From: Takakia lepidozioides | Lineage: Eukaryota; Plantae; Bryophyta | Assembly: GCA_030704615.1 (NCBI GenBank) | Contig: CM060734.1 | Span: forward strand, 32,302,001 to 32,366,000 | DNA length: 64,000 bases | Direction of reading: 5' to 3' | In this document: piece after piece, positions 1-12,432 of the stretch | Position numbering within the stretch: the first letter of the stretch is position 1 | Layout of the letters: every line of letters starts with the position of its first letter | Made by a program: the position numbers and the translations under genes | Notes under the pieces: generated by a model | The model's database searches: none | What the model saw: the letters and a program-made list of their open reading frames with translations, nothing else | Told to the model about the DNA's origin: nothing

Positions 1-1059
1 TGCTTCTGTTTGCTTATCAACGGTCACTGCCGTCTCCATCAAAACTTTTCGTTGCTTAACAGTTGCGTATTTAGTCAAGTGCAAGTGACGCTGGATTCAA
101 TCAGTAATACGCGAAACTAGAATTAGTTCATTCTGTTTCGCCCACGAAAGCATAGGTATAGACATACCGCAGTAAACACGAAGCCATTCCAAAAAGAACT
201 CAATTTATTTCGCCAACGAAAACATTCGACAATGACCTACACAACGGTAACTTCAAATTGCGTTAGAGAAACAAGAAGGAACATGCGAGATGGTCATGAT
301 TACTCTGAACTTAGCTGGAGTTCAAAGCCACTTTTCATTCGCCAACCGTCACAAACAAATATGTACCAACACTAACGACACTGGTTTCGCTATTCCTAAT
401 GCGCCCTGACCAGAAAACAAACATTGCTAGAAGAGCATGGTCCATCCAAAAACTAGTGCAAATGAACAATTTCCCTGGATTCTCAAGATGTCCACCTTTC
501 AGCTGGAAGGCAATAGCCCTTGTGGTGAAGTGACACCATAAGTTACGCTCCCTTCGGGAGGCGTCATACTTTTTTTTACTTTCCTTGGATTCTCATTGAA
601 ACAATGAAACAATGTCTTAAGGAAACTTCAATTCATATCGAGCTTTAGATCATCCACAAACAGTATACAGTCCGAACAAACCGTGAAGGCTCGTTGGGCA
701 ATATGCCAGAGAACCAACCATTTTTTACAACTATCGTATCCTAATCCCAAACCATGTGCTCCAGGCTAGAATATTATATACTGTCGGATGGAGAGTAGAA
801 AGTAGAAGTCGCATGGCAGGTGTGACCCATATGCACACTAACCTCCTCTCATCCCAGTAGAGGTCAGAACCTGCGCAAAAACAAATGGTAGTAAGAGTCT
901 AAATCATTGTTTTAACCACAAAAGCAAAGAATCAATCCACTGCAGACCTAAATAATACCTCAGAAAGACCTGGCCGCCGAATGAACTGGAGATCCATCAG
1001 GCATCGTGTCCCATGCATTCTCCACGAACATATCAACAAAGTCAAGCTGCCCAGCTTCG

Positions 1060-1700
1060 TCCCGGATTGAGTTTGCAAACCCTCCAACATCGTAGACACT
1101 AACTACGCATCCATCTCCAGAGCAAATAAATTCCGCCCCAAAATTCGTGCAGCTATCATCGAAGCACCTAGTATATGCATCGACGAGAAACAAGAATATT
1201 GAATAAAATGAAGATATATGAAGCATATATAGATACACATACATATACACCTATGTATCCAGATTGGATTCTCAAATTCTCTACCTGTCCGGCGGTAAAA
1301 TCGAACACACAAACCCCCAGCGGTGAGCAAGTCTCCAGCAATATGTGCATAAAGTTTGGGCTCTTCTCCTTGGAACCCCGCCAATACCTGCCAATACTCG
1401 CCCTCCTCTTCAAATAATTAGTGGGCATGTGATTAGAAATAACATTTTGAATCACAGGGTCGTGGACAGTGTTGACCCGAGATCCTCTGTCGGACAACTC
1501 AAACTTGGACTTGGACTTCACCAAGTAGAACGTCTGAAACATACACCCGTGCAAATTTGAACTAGCTTCAGAAGGGATTTAGGATATAGGTCATAAATAG
1601 AAAAACAGCCGACATATCGATATCTAAGGCTCGGGAAAGATTCGCCAACGAATTTAAATCAAAGCTTAAACACGAGTCCAAAAATGATTTAAAATACGAG
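1060..1700 (-). pseudogene. Spliced, decayed beta-class N4-cytosine/N6-adenine DNA methyltransferase (N6_N4_Mtase-like C-terminal half)
   Basis: Minus strand reads WRGSKEKSPNFMHILLETCSPLGVCVFDFTAG, then a GT-AG intron (1284-1168), then GASMIAARILGRNLFALEMDA. This matches the HPxxKPxxL...VLDPFxGSGTT..AA..LGR..IGIE.D signature of beta-class amino-MTases. One missing nt at the exon end would restore DFTAGTGAS. Stop at 1103-1105 and further stops upstream. Confidence 0.75.
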
Positions 1701-1750
1701 TGTTGTAATCACTACAACGGAATCCCCCAATGTAACAAAATCCTCAGGAA

Positions 1751-2208
1751 ATGATGAGAGCATGGAGCAGATCGCAAGGGATGAGATTATTGCACGAGAG
1801 ATGGTTCGGAAGGAATAGCTTAGTCTTGCTCTACAAATGGACATGGATGCGAAAATTGCAGCAAACCTTGAGAGCCAGTATAACGCCGAATCATTTCAGG
1901 TTCAATCTGTTCCACCTTGACTTACAGCATGTGGACCGTGACTTCACTGAGGGTGACTATGAGACTCTTTTGGCATTGGATGAGGGCGTTGATCCAGAAC
2001 ATTGTGGCGTTGCATTGGATATCATAGCTTCAGGACTCCTTCTTCATCCCACCCCATCAAGGAAATGTGCCCTATATGTTTTGAATCGTTCATGTTTGGG
2101 GAGAAGTATCGAAAGCTGCATGTTCGCATGCACATATTTCACCATGATTGCATTGATAAGTGGTTGCAGATTGTTGCTAACTGCCCAATTTGCAAGGATA
2201 AGTTGTAG
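1751..2208 (+). pseudogene. SDIR1-like RING-H2 E3 ligase fragment (intronless, frameshifted)
   Basis: DRDFTEGDYETLLALDE in one frame, followed in another frame by CPICFESF...HIFHHDCIDKWLQIVANCPICK (RING-H2, one Cys lost). Confidence 0.8.
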
Positions 2209-2733
2209 AAATTAGTCCTCTAAAGACTGCTTCAGTAAGAGGTTGTTTACCATGTGAGAAACTATTTGTAAAAGTGAACTTACTTGAGGCGCACAAGTCA
2301 AATATATTTGAAATTTTGGAAGAACTCTTTAAGTACTCGCAACCCCCTTGAGCTAATGGGATTTTGTTACAATATTGTTAATCGAGCCGGTGTGAGGTAT
2401 GTGATGTACTTCCGTTCTTCCAAGGAAAAAGATAATCTAACTTTGAATCTTGTAATATCATCAAGGTATGTACATGTGACCATATCAGTCTCAAGCTGTT
2501 TACATTCACTGGCAAAACCCTGAAGAGCATGCCAATGTGATACCTTGTATGGAGGTTGGGTAGCCTATACGCAACATTTGAGCAGAAGATAATATGCAAT
2601 AACATTTTAGGAGAGTTCTTTATTCATGTGCAGTTGACGGTTGCAATCACTAATATGGGAACCTTGACACAATTCATTTTGTTCTGCCCCTGAAATGATG
2701 GGTAATGACATAGTGGAAGAATATGCACGTAAC

Positions 2734-3233
2734 NNNNNNNNNNNNNNNNNNNNNNNNNNNNNNNNNNNNNNNNNNNNNNNNNNNNNNNNNNNNNNNNNNN
2801 NNNNNNNNNNNNNNNNNNNNNNNNNNNNNNNNNNNNNNNNNNNNNNNNNNNNNNNNNNNNNNNNNNNNNNNNNNNNNNNNNNNNNNNNNNNNNNNNNNNN
2901 NNNNNNNNNNNNNNNNNNNNNNNNNNNNNNNNNNNNNNNNNNNNNNNNNNNNNNNNNNNNNNNNNNNNNNNNNNNNNNNNNNNNNNNNNNNNNNNNNNNN
3001 NNNNNNNNNNNNNNNNNNNNNNNNNNNNNNNNNNNNNNNNNNNNNNNNNNNNNNNNNNNNNNNNNNNNNNNNNNNNNNNNNNNNNNNNNNNNNNNNNNNN
3101 NNNNNNNNNNNNNNNNNNNNNNNNNNNNNNNNNNNNNNNNNNNNNNNNNNNNNNNNNNNNNNNNNNNNNNNNNNNNNNNNNNNNNNNNNNNNNNNNNNNN
3201 NNNNNNNNNNNNNNNNNNNNNNNNNNNNNNNNN
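2734..3233. other. Assembly gap (500 N)
   Basis: Run of N; contiguity and true distance across it are unknown. Confidence 1.
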
Positions 3234-4149
3234 CATGGACCTCTTGTCACAGCTTGTTGGTGAATTTATCAGTGAGGAAGCTTATTACTTATAAGCTTTT
3301 GATTCCGGAACATCGCCCACAGTGATGTAGACAAAACTGCAGCTGCTTTGTGACCACTCCCTTCTCGCACCTATTTTTGGTGCGGCCCGTCCAAAACCAG
3401 ACATGTCCTCATGGATGACGAAACCCAGTAAGACTTTGTACATGGAGGGTTGGTATTGCGTGAGCACAGCATAAGTATGCGCGTGTCCTTAGCACAACCC
3501 AGGGTCATGGGAGTTTTATGATTTTTTAACTTCGATCATCCCTTATGCGAATATAGAGAACTCGCGCATTTGTACGATACATCCTCACCAATGCAGTGAG
3601 GCCAAACCTTCAGTAAGTAGCCAGGAACTCTAAACCTATAGCGACGGCGGCGAGTTTCGCATTGAGAAATACTTGGTGATATGAGCACAAACCTAAGCAA
3701 TGGTGGGTTTCGCATTGAGGAAAGAGCATCTTAAAAGAAAAAATATCGCAACAATTTCATGAACGAAAATAAAATAGTTATAGTTGATACAAAATACAAT
3801 TCTAATGTTATTGAAATGTGATGTTAAATAGAACTCGAAAAATTTATTTGTTTCCTCGTTCGAAAATAACACCAAACATTGATTGATTGAAATGATTTAC
3901 AAAACAATATAGACACAATAACAAATGAGAATACTTTCTCTTACAAAAATATCCGTTTGGAATGGAGGTAACATGTACATCTGTCATTTAGATCATCAAT
4001 TAAATCAAAATATTTTTTCTTGTGCCGTGAATTTTAGCACAGACAATCTGAGAAGGTCTAAGATTGTTTCGCTTTGATAACATCAATGTCGACAATTTGT
4101 AGTAATGAATTCAAAGATTGAAAAAGGTTTTTCAACTCTTGTTTCACAG

Positions 4150-7100
4150 ACAAAAGTTGAAAAACCTTTTTCAGTCTTTGAACAAATATGGAGGGATATG
4201 AACTAAAGAATTTGAAATACTTCGCCGTAATAAAAGAGTTTCTTAACACAAAACTCTTATCCGACGGTGGTTGTGTACGAAAACCTGCATATTTTTTAAA
4301 CAATATGGCGGGATACAAACTGAGGGATTTGAACTCATTTGCCGTAAAAAAAAAAATTCTCAACACAAAACTCTTGTCTGACAGTGTTATGGTTTAAAGA
4401 ATTTGCATGCTTTTGTACGAATATGGAGGGATATGAATTGCTAGTTCGGCGTAGCAAAAGAGTTCCTCAACACAAAACTCTTTTCTAACAGTGTTTTTGT
4501 TCAAAAACGTGCATGCATTTTGAACAATAAGGAGGGATACTAACTGAGAGATTTGAAGTTTTTCGCCTTGACAAAAGAGTTTCTCAACACGAAACTTTCG
4601 TCCAACATTGTTTTGATTCAAAAGCATGCACAAAAGATTGTATGTTTTTTAACCAATATGGAGTGATATAAACTGAGGGATGTGAACTTATTCACACTAC
4701 TGCAAAAAAGGGAGGTTTACGACGCCCACGGCCTGACGCACGCGGCACCGTGCGACCCCACCTATTAGCAACGTCCAGAGGGTCACTATACAGGGGTCGT
4801 TATTCTACCGACCCCCGAGGGGTCGCTATAGTGAAATCCCAGAAAATAGAGGATCCCAAAATGACTAAGTCATTGGGACCGACTTCACTAGCGTCGCTAC
4901 CTCCGTGGGGGCGATTTCCGGTCGGTTTCCAATCCGACCCCTCTGAAGTCGGATTCTGCTTTTGGCCCCCAACCGACCCCGAGGGAGTCGCTGACATACT
5001 GCCAACATCCACAAAATCGTGGATTTTGGCTAAGTCCTTTATTGCGACTCTTCAGGCGTCGCAGGGGAGTAAAATAAAAAAAAACACGTCATAGCTGGGC
5101 TGCAACGCCTGAGGCGACGCTTCAACCGCCCAAAAAAAAAAAAAAAAAAAACCATCGTTTTTTCAATGCAACTCCCTGGGGTCGCTGTTTGGCCTGGGAG
5201 TCGCTTTGTTGTTATTTTGAGGTTTTTTTTTGTAAGTCACTTTTTGCGACGCCCTGGCCGTCGCTTTTGTGTTTTTTTAGGTAAGTCAATTTCTAGGCGT
5301 CGCTAGAAATGACTTGATGTGTCGTTTTCAGGTCACAACGAGCAACGCTCGTATACCTGAACTACCTTATGTACAATTAAATCATGAGTTTGTGTATAAA
5401 GTTTTGTGACTGATTTGTTGGTTAGTATAAAGTGTCTTATTATGTGTATAATCTAGAGGTGTTGAGTTCAAATTTGCCTAACAACACGATGAATGAATTA
5501 GGAACTTGGTATGTGTCGGCTATTTGCAAACATATGTTCATGGGTTAGGTTTGATATTATGTGGCGCATGTGTGTCCCGCCATTTCAAAATTCAAAATTC
5601 AAAATTCAAAAAGAACTCAAAAGTGACGCCCAGGCGTCGCTCCCAAACAGTGACCCCCAAGGCGTCGCATTTAAAAAGCGAAAGATTTTTTATTTTTATT
5701 TTTTTTTCCCTCATGTATTGCTATAGCGACGCCCAGGGTGTCGCTAGGAGAGGCTGGTCGCGGGGTATTTCTGCGATCCCCTGGGGGTCGGTCTTAACTG
5801 GCCTATTTATCGACCTCTTTTTAGCAACACCCTACCGATGCTTAGGGATCGGTATTTGGGACTTAATCGCGACCGCTAAAGACCCCATTACCGACCCCAG
5901 GGAGGTCGGTATGGCGTCGCTAACCCCCCCCTTTTTCTGTAGTGTCACATGCACAAAAAAATCTCTCAACACAAAACTCTTCTCTGATAATGTTTTTGTT
6001 GAAAAACCTGCATGCTTTTGAATCAATATGGAGGGATATGGACTAAGGGATTTGAATTGCTTCGCCATAACAAAAGAGTTTCTCAAGACGAAACTCATTT
6101 CTGACAGTGTTTTTATTCAAAAACCTCCATGTTTTGGAACCTAAATGGAGGGTTATGGACTGAGGGATTTGAATTGCTTCGTCATAACAAAAGAGTTTAT
6201 CAACACGAAACTCTTATCTGACAGTGTTTTTGTTCAAAAACTTGTATGCTTTTAAACCAATATGGAGGGATATGGACTGAGGGATTTGAATTGCTTCGCC
6301 ATAACAAAAAGAGTTTCGTAACACAAAACTCTTCTCTAACAGTGTTTTTGTTCAAAAACCTGCATGTTTTTTAACCAAGATGGAGGGATGTGGACTGAGA
6401 AATTTGAATTATTTTGACATAATAAAAGAGTTTCTCAACACGAAACTCTTCTTTGACAGTGTTTTTGTTCAAAAATTTGCATGCTTTGAACCAATATGGA
6501 GGGATATGGACTGAGGGATTTGAATTGCTTCGCCATAACAAAAAAGTTTCCTAGCACGAAACTCTTCTCTAACAGTGTTTTTGTTCAAAAACTTGCATGT
6601 TTTTTAACCAAGATGGAGGGATATAGACTGAGAAATTTGAATTACTTTGACACAATAAAAGAGTTTCTAAACACGAAACTCTTCTCTGACAGTGTTTTTG
6701 TTCAAAAATTTGCATGCTTTGAACCAATATGGAGGGATATGGATTAAGAGATTTGAATTGCTTCGCCATAACAAAAGAGTTTTTCAACACGAAACTCTTC
6801 TCTGACATTGTTTTTGTTCAAAAACCTGCATGTTTTTTAACCAATATGGAGGGATATGGACTGAGGGATTTGAATTGTTTCGCCATAACAAAAGAGTTTC
6901 TCAATACGAAACTTTTCTCTGGCAATGTTTTTGTTCAAAAAACCTGCTCTTCTCGGACAATATTTTTGTTTAAAAACCTACATGCTTTTGAACCAATATG
7001 GAGAGACATGGACTAAGATTTTTGAATTGCTTTGTCAGGACAAAAGAGTTTCTCAACACAAAACTCTTCTCTGACAGTGTTTTTGTTCAAAAACTTGCAT

Positions 7101-8000
7101 GCTTTTGAATCAATATAGAGGGATATGGACTGAGGGATTTGAATTGTTTCGTCATAACAAAAGAGTTTCTTAGCACGAAACTCTAGTGTGACAATGATTG
7201 TGTTCAAAATCTTGCACCTTTTTTAAGCAATACTGAGGGATATGAACTGAGACATTTGAACTCATTCACCGTGACAAAAGAGTTTCTCAACACGAAACAC
7301 TTGTTGACAGTGTTCTTAATAAAAAAAAAACTTTCATACATTTGAACTAATATGGAGGGATATGAACTAATTTCTAAAGGATATAAACTGCTCGTCATAG
7401 CAAAAAAAATTCTACGAAACTCTTGTTATACGAAACTCTAGTCTGACAGTGATTGTGTTAAAAAAAACCGCATCATTTTGAACAAATATGGAAGGATATG
7501 AACTTAGGGATTTGAACTCTTTGTCGTGACTTCAACACGAAACTCTAGGGTGACAGTGATTTTGTTAAAAAAAACCTCTATGCTTTTGAAATAATATGGA
7601 GGTATATGAACTAAGGGATTTGAACTCATTTGCCGTAGCACAAGAGTTTCTCAACACGAAACTCTTGTCTGACAGGGCTTTTGTTCGAAAATCTGCATCT
7701 TTTCTTCAACACAAATTTTTTGTCTGAAAGCGTTTTTGGAGGGATATGAATTGAGAGATTTGAACTGCTTGGCCATAACAAAACAGTATTTCAATAGGAA
7801 TTGAACTACTTTCCTATAACAAAAGAGTTTCTCAACAAGAAACTCATGATTGACATTGTTCTTGTTCAAAAACTTGCATGTTGTTGAACCAATATTGAGA
7901 GATATTAACTAAGGGATTTGAACTGCTTCGTCGTAACAAAAGAGTTTTTCAACACGAAACTCTTGTCTGACAGTGTATTTGTTCAAAAACATGTGCGATT
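4150..8000 (+). repeat. ~117-bp tandem satellite array, split by a CACTA insertion
   Basis: Unit core ATGGAGGGATATGGACTGAGGGATTTGAATTGCTTCGCCATAACAAAAGAGTTTCTCAACACGAAACTCTT recurs at ~6028, 6145, 6262, 6380, 6496, 6613, 6729, 6846 and so on. Units degenerate toward both array ends. Confidence 0.95.
4695..5944. mobile_element. Non-autonomous CACTA (En/Spm) element
   Basis: Starts CACTACTGCAAAAAAGGGAGG, ends CCCCCTTTTTCTGTAGTG; 3-bp TSD TCA on both sides; many GCGACGCC/GGCGTCGC and GACCCC subterminal repeats; no transposase. Confidence 0.93.
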
Positions 8001-8499
8001 TTCTCTGGGCATCTTTCATATTTTTTCATGTTTGTGAGCATCTTAATTGCACACTACCCAACCTCTTTTCAGGGATCAGAATTTCATACTGCAAATGCAT
8101 AGCTCAATATGTAATTGTACTAATTGTTAGGAGAAAGAGTTTCGCTCTGCAAAAATGTACATGGATAGGGCATTTAAAAGTGACATATTCATCATTTCAG
8201 CTACAGTATGATTTCTTCTCAGGCTGGTTGGTACAGAGTTTCGCCATGCGAAATTATCCATTGGTGATGATCTTAAATATAAGGTTAGGCATCACCGCCC
8301 ACTCTTGTGTCTGTTATGAAAAGGGTCTGGTATCATGTGAGCACAACGTAAGAAAAAACCACGCTTATAGGGTAACATGTTCATTAGGTTGAGGGGCTAC
8401 TTGTTCTTTATGTGTTAGTTTCGCAAAATTGTTAGTTTTGCCAATTCCGTTTCGTTGTGAAAATTTCGCGAAAAGGATGACAAGTTCCCAAAAAGAGGG

Positions 8500-9486
8500 G
8501 GGGGGGAAACAAGAAACAAGATGAAGAAAACAAAAGCTATAGTAAGTTACTCAGCCAGAACGACCCTCCCAACCAACAGCCTGGAGGAGATTAGGCAAAG
8601 AGATAGACAAAGTGTCAGGCATAGGTGGAAGATAAGATGACACGGAGCCAACCACATCAGCCCGATGCAAAATAGATATGACTTGTGTTCTCTGCAAAGC
8701 AACTGAAACACGTTGTTGATAGTATGCGACAAGGACGGATGCATGCGAGATGTCAGTGGATTGTGCTGCATGATGTACACATGTCCGAATGAAATCGTTG
8801 AAGTGCCTATAAAAGGAGCAAAATATCTCAACCAATTTGTCGGTGGAGTGACGATCGCTGTAGTCGCGTTTCTTGGCCTGAGCTGCTATAGTGGTTGTCA
8901 TGCTTGGTGTAGTAGCTATGCTAGATAAACAGATCCGCTCAAGTGGGGTCGGTGAGAACAACATTTGCAAGGGTACACGCAAACCATCTCTAGAGATAAT
9001 GATGTCAACACGGTGACGTGTAGAGTGGGATGTGAGCGTGGGCCGTATATGAGGTTGCTCACGCAGTACATGTTACCCTGCCTCCCAAGCAATAGATGTC
9101 ACCACATCGTGAACCACATCATGTGACGCGGTACGCTCGCCACCACATGGGCAGCGGAGGAGGTGGATAACAAGGTCATCAATGGGGAGTGGCGACCCCC
9201 GAATTAGTGATGAAAGAGGTAGGCAGACTCACGCGTCTCGAAACTGAAGGCAAAGTGAGCGGCTGACAATGCAATAAACAACCTCTCCGACTGCGATGGG
9301 GCGGATCAAGACCTGAGGGTTTGCTCATAGCCAACAATCTGGAGGCCCCAAGAAGATGGGCCACTGGGGCAAGGATACGTCCGGCAGCAATAAAGGAGCA
9401 GACCTGAAATAACTGAGAGAAGCCACTGGCAGAGTCCTGTGGAGAGAATCAGTTGCGTAAGTGCTCATACAAGAGACCGGAAGGAC
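8500..9486 (-). mobile_element. 3' part of a CRE/R2-like non-LTR retrotransposon (restriction-like endonuclease domain), decayed
   Basis: Minus strand: HLLRCPCGGERTASHDVVHD (zinc knuckle/RHD-like), RVDIIISRDG, LANVVLTDPT, AAQAKKRDYSDRH, YYQQRVSVALQR. Frameshifts and stops present. Confidence 0.75.
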
Positions 9487-10693
9487 CACTACTGCGTTTA
9501 AGGGGGGTTAGTGACGTCGGGACCTCAGGCGCGCCGGACGCGCCGACCCTCTACGACTCCGGCATCGCGCAGGCGCCCGACCCGAGAATTGCGACGTCGG
9601 CGCATCGCAACGCCGACGCTCGGACGACGTTGTGGCATCTTGCGATGCCACGCCGTCGCAGCAAAATAGCATGACCTCATTCTCCCGCCAACGCGCTGGG
9701 AGGGTTGCGACGCCCTGACGACGCAACAATTCGCAGCGACGTTGGAGAATCGCATCGAGGCGTCGCAACGCCGTTGCCCCTGCGACGCTTTTGCGACGGC
9801 AGGGAATCGCAATGTCCGGGGAAAAAAAAAATTAAAAAAAAATGATTTGTTTATTTTTAATTTTTTAATTTTTTATGTGCGATTCCCCGCCGTCGCTGGG
9901 GCTGCGACGCCTCGTTGCGATTCCCTGGCGCCGCAGCATCCTGGGGGCGTCGCAGAAAATTGGTTCTGGGAGTAGATTATAAAGCATAATGGGCATGGCA
10001 TCCTCAGACTACAGCCATTGTCCAACAATAAGTTCCAATGCAGTTTTGCAAAACTTAGGCCCTTGATATATATTTGTTTTTGAATAACTCTAGAGACAAA
10101 TCTCGATGCAAGTTCCAGTTGTGAGAGCTCCTGCAAAGTACTCATAATTTACAACGCAATTATAGGATTGAGATAGTGGTAGTCACTAGGAGCTAACTCT
10201 TGATATGTATATATATACTTGGACTACTTTTGTGATACATAGATGTATTGTAGATATGTTGGTTAGTGTGTAGTGTCTTAGAAATGTTATAACGTGGAGG
10301 TCCTAGGTTCAAATATGCATTGTCTAATATATATAGAACAATGTATGAACTGCCATTGGACAAAACCAGAGTCAATGGTCAACTAATTTTTGAAATTCCA
10401 ATTTCAAATTCAAATTTTCCCACTTAAATTCAACTGTACAACCCCTAAACTGTAACGTCTGGGGTCGCAAATGCGACCGCCGGACGTCCCTATTGCGGCG
10501 TCACAGAAAAAAGAGTTTTTATTATTATTATTATTATTATTATTTTAATGCCCGGACGTCGCAAGTCGCGCTGCCGCCGCTGCCGGGGGAGCCTGGAGGA
10601 TTGCGATTCCCCTACGACGCTAATTAGCGACGTTCCGGGAGTGACGTCTCTACGACTTCCCGACGTCGCAAAATGCTCCGGACACGCCCCGGG
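9487..10693. mobile_element. CACTA element related to the 4695-5944 family; left TIR present, interrupted by an LTR
   Basis: Starts CACTACTGCGTTTAAGGGGGGTTAG; GCGACGCC-type subterminal arrays at 9500-9960 and 10455-10690; right TIR not found. Confidence 0.75.
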
Positions 10694-11661
10694 TGTCATG
10701 GACATAGCCCATAAGAACTTACCAGGAGTAAATACCAGAAGTTACAGAAAGTTGTCATGTTACCGAAAGGTACCATGATGTACCGTGATTTATCATGATT
10801 TACCATAATTTACCAAGTTATCGGGAATTTACCAAATTACTGAGAGTAACTTGGGAAACTGCTCAGGAAACTTCATTTGGAGGAAACTTTTCCATCAAGA
10901 TATCTTCTTTGTTTAAGGAAACTTCTCCATCAAGAAACCTCCATTGGGGAAGCTTCTTAGGGAACTTTCTAGTAGCCAGTATATATAGGAGGCGAGACTG
11001 GACACTCTTCACTCTCGCCAACACAAGTTCAACCTACTCTTGTTTCTAGTCCCAGTACTCCAGTCCAGCTTCCAGTACTCTAGTCCAGTTTCCAGTATCT
11101 GGTACCCCAGTCCAGTTTTCAGCATTCTAGTATTCAAGTCGAGTTCCACTATCTTGTACTCTTGTCCATTGTTATAAATATCATCTTGATTCATGTTTAT
11201 CCATCACGCATTCAGCCACGCCGACCTTGACTTCTTGTCTAGTTTTATATCTCTAGTCTGATCTCTTATTTGTATTTCAGTCATGTTCTCGTCCTTGACA
11301 GTTTGACGAGACTAAAGTTTGTTCCTTAGTTAGTTAAGATAGAAGGGACATTTGCGGAAATGGTCGCCACCTTACAGGTCTTCAGCTCCAGATGCAAAAA
11401 TTTCGTACCTCTACCGCCCAATTACAAGCTGATCAGTCTTAAGATATTGACAATGTTCTCCACAATTTGCAACAACAAGTTTCAGAGTTAAAATAGTCGA
11501 ACAATGGATCTTCAACCATATGAGTCCCTACTGCAACGGCTCTTACTGCAACAGATTACGAGAGAACCAAAGATCAGCATGCCCGAGAAATTTGATGGGA
11601 CGAGATCAAGATTTCACGGTTTTATTCAACAAGTACGATTGTTCCTACGACTACATTCACA
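10694..11661 (+). mobile_element. Ty3/gypsy (Tcn1-like) 5' LTR (10694-11300) plus truncated gag
   Basis: LTR termini TGTCATGGAC...GTCCTTGACA (9/10 inverted match), TATA-like TATATATAGG near 10980, then gag motif EPKISMPEKFDGTRSRFHGFIQQVRLFLRLH at ~11565-11660, which ends abruptly. Confidence 0.85.
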
Positions 11662-11987
11662 ACAGCCCTCTCCAATCTGAGGGATGTTAGCGTGTGAGCG
11701 CGCTCACGCTTAGCGCACTAAGCGTGAGCAGACTTCGTTAAGCGTGAGCACATAAGGGAAGCGGAGCCTATAGCCGTGGGAAAAGCAGGACCTATTGTCG
11801 TGGGGGCAATGTTGAGTGGAATAGAGGGTAACATACGATGCCTGGGACCTAAGACGTCGAGTTCCATGCATGAAAATTTGAGAAGAATGTGTGGCGAAAT
11901 TCTTAAGGATTAACGGCTATGTGGAATGGATGAATGTAGGATCAATGCAAGATGACAAAAGATGGATGAATGAAGCATGGATGATAG

Positions 11988-12432
11988 CAACACGAGGTTA
12001 ATTTCGGAGAACTTGAAATCAACCTTGTATCAACACGAGGTTGATTTCCGAGGACTTGAAATCAACATTGTGTCAACGCGAGGTTGATTTCCGAGTGGAA
12101 GTGGATGATTACGGTTTTTTTTTTTTGAAAAATAATGCTTTCATTTCTCAAATCAAGGTTGCGTCAACGCAAAGTTGATTTGCATCTTGCGACTTTTTTT
12201 TTTTTGCATTTTTTTGCTTTTGTTTTGTGTTGTTTTTTTTTTTTTGGTCATGCAAATCAACCTTGCGTCAACGCAAGGTTGATTTGAGAAAAGAAAGCAT
12301 CTTTTTTCCAACTAACAAAAAAAAAATGAAGTCGCAGGATGCAAATCAACATTGCGTTGACGCAACCTTGATTTGAGAAATGATAGCATCCTTTTTGCAC
12401 TGTTTCTTGCGTTGAAGCAAGGTTGATTTGAA
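11988..12432. repeat. Cluster of ~7 copies of a 32-bp palindrome AAATCAACCTTGCGTCAACGCAAGGTTGATTT
   Basis: Copies near 11988 (half), 12017, 12059, 12149, 12254, 12343 and 12406 (partial). Segments ~12135-12205 and ~12315-12390 are also inverted copies of each other. Confidence 0.9.

Noticed and set aside
300-900. Possible SET-like or other coding relic on the minus strand
   Set aside because: Splice-like signals exist, but translations are too broken to assign.
2540-2565. QPPY as the methyltransferase catalytic motif IV
   Set aside because: Not D/N/S-PPY, lacks the preceding hydrophobic strand, and is separated from motif I by the RING insert.
2607-3325. ORFs spanning the N run
   Set aside because: Artefacts of the assembly gap.
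4188-7400. Repeating ORFs MEGYGLRDLNCFAITKEF... suggesting a 39-aa repeat protein
   Set aside because: Units vary between 116 and 118 bp and break frame freely; this is a satellite translation artefact.
11988-12432. CRISPR-like look (32-bp palindromic repeats)
   Set aside because: Spacing is irregular, intervening sequences are themselves repeated or inverted, there are no cas genes, and the context is eukaryotic.
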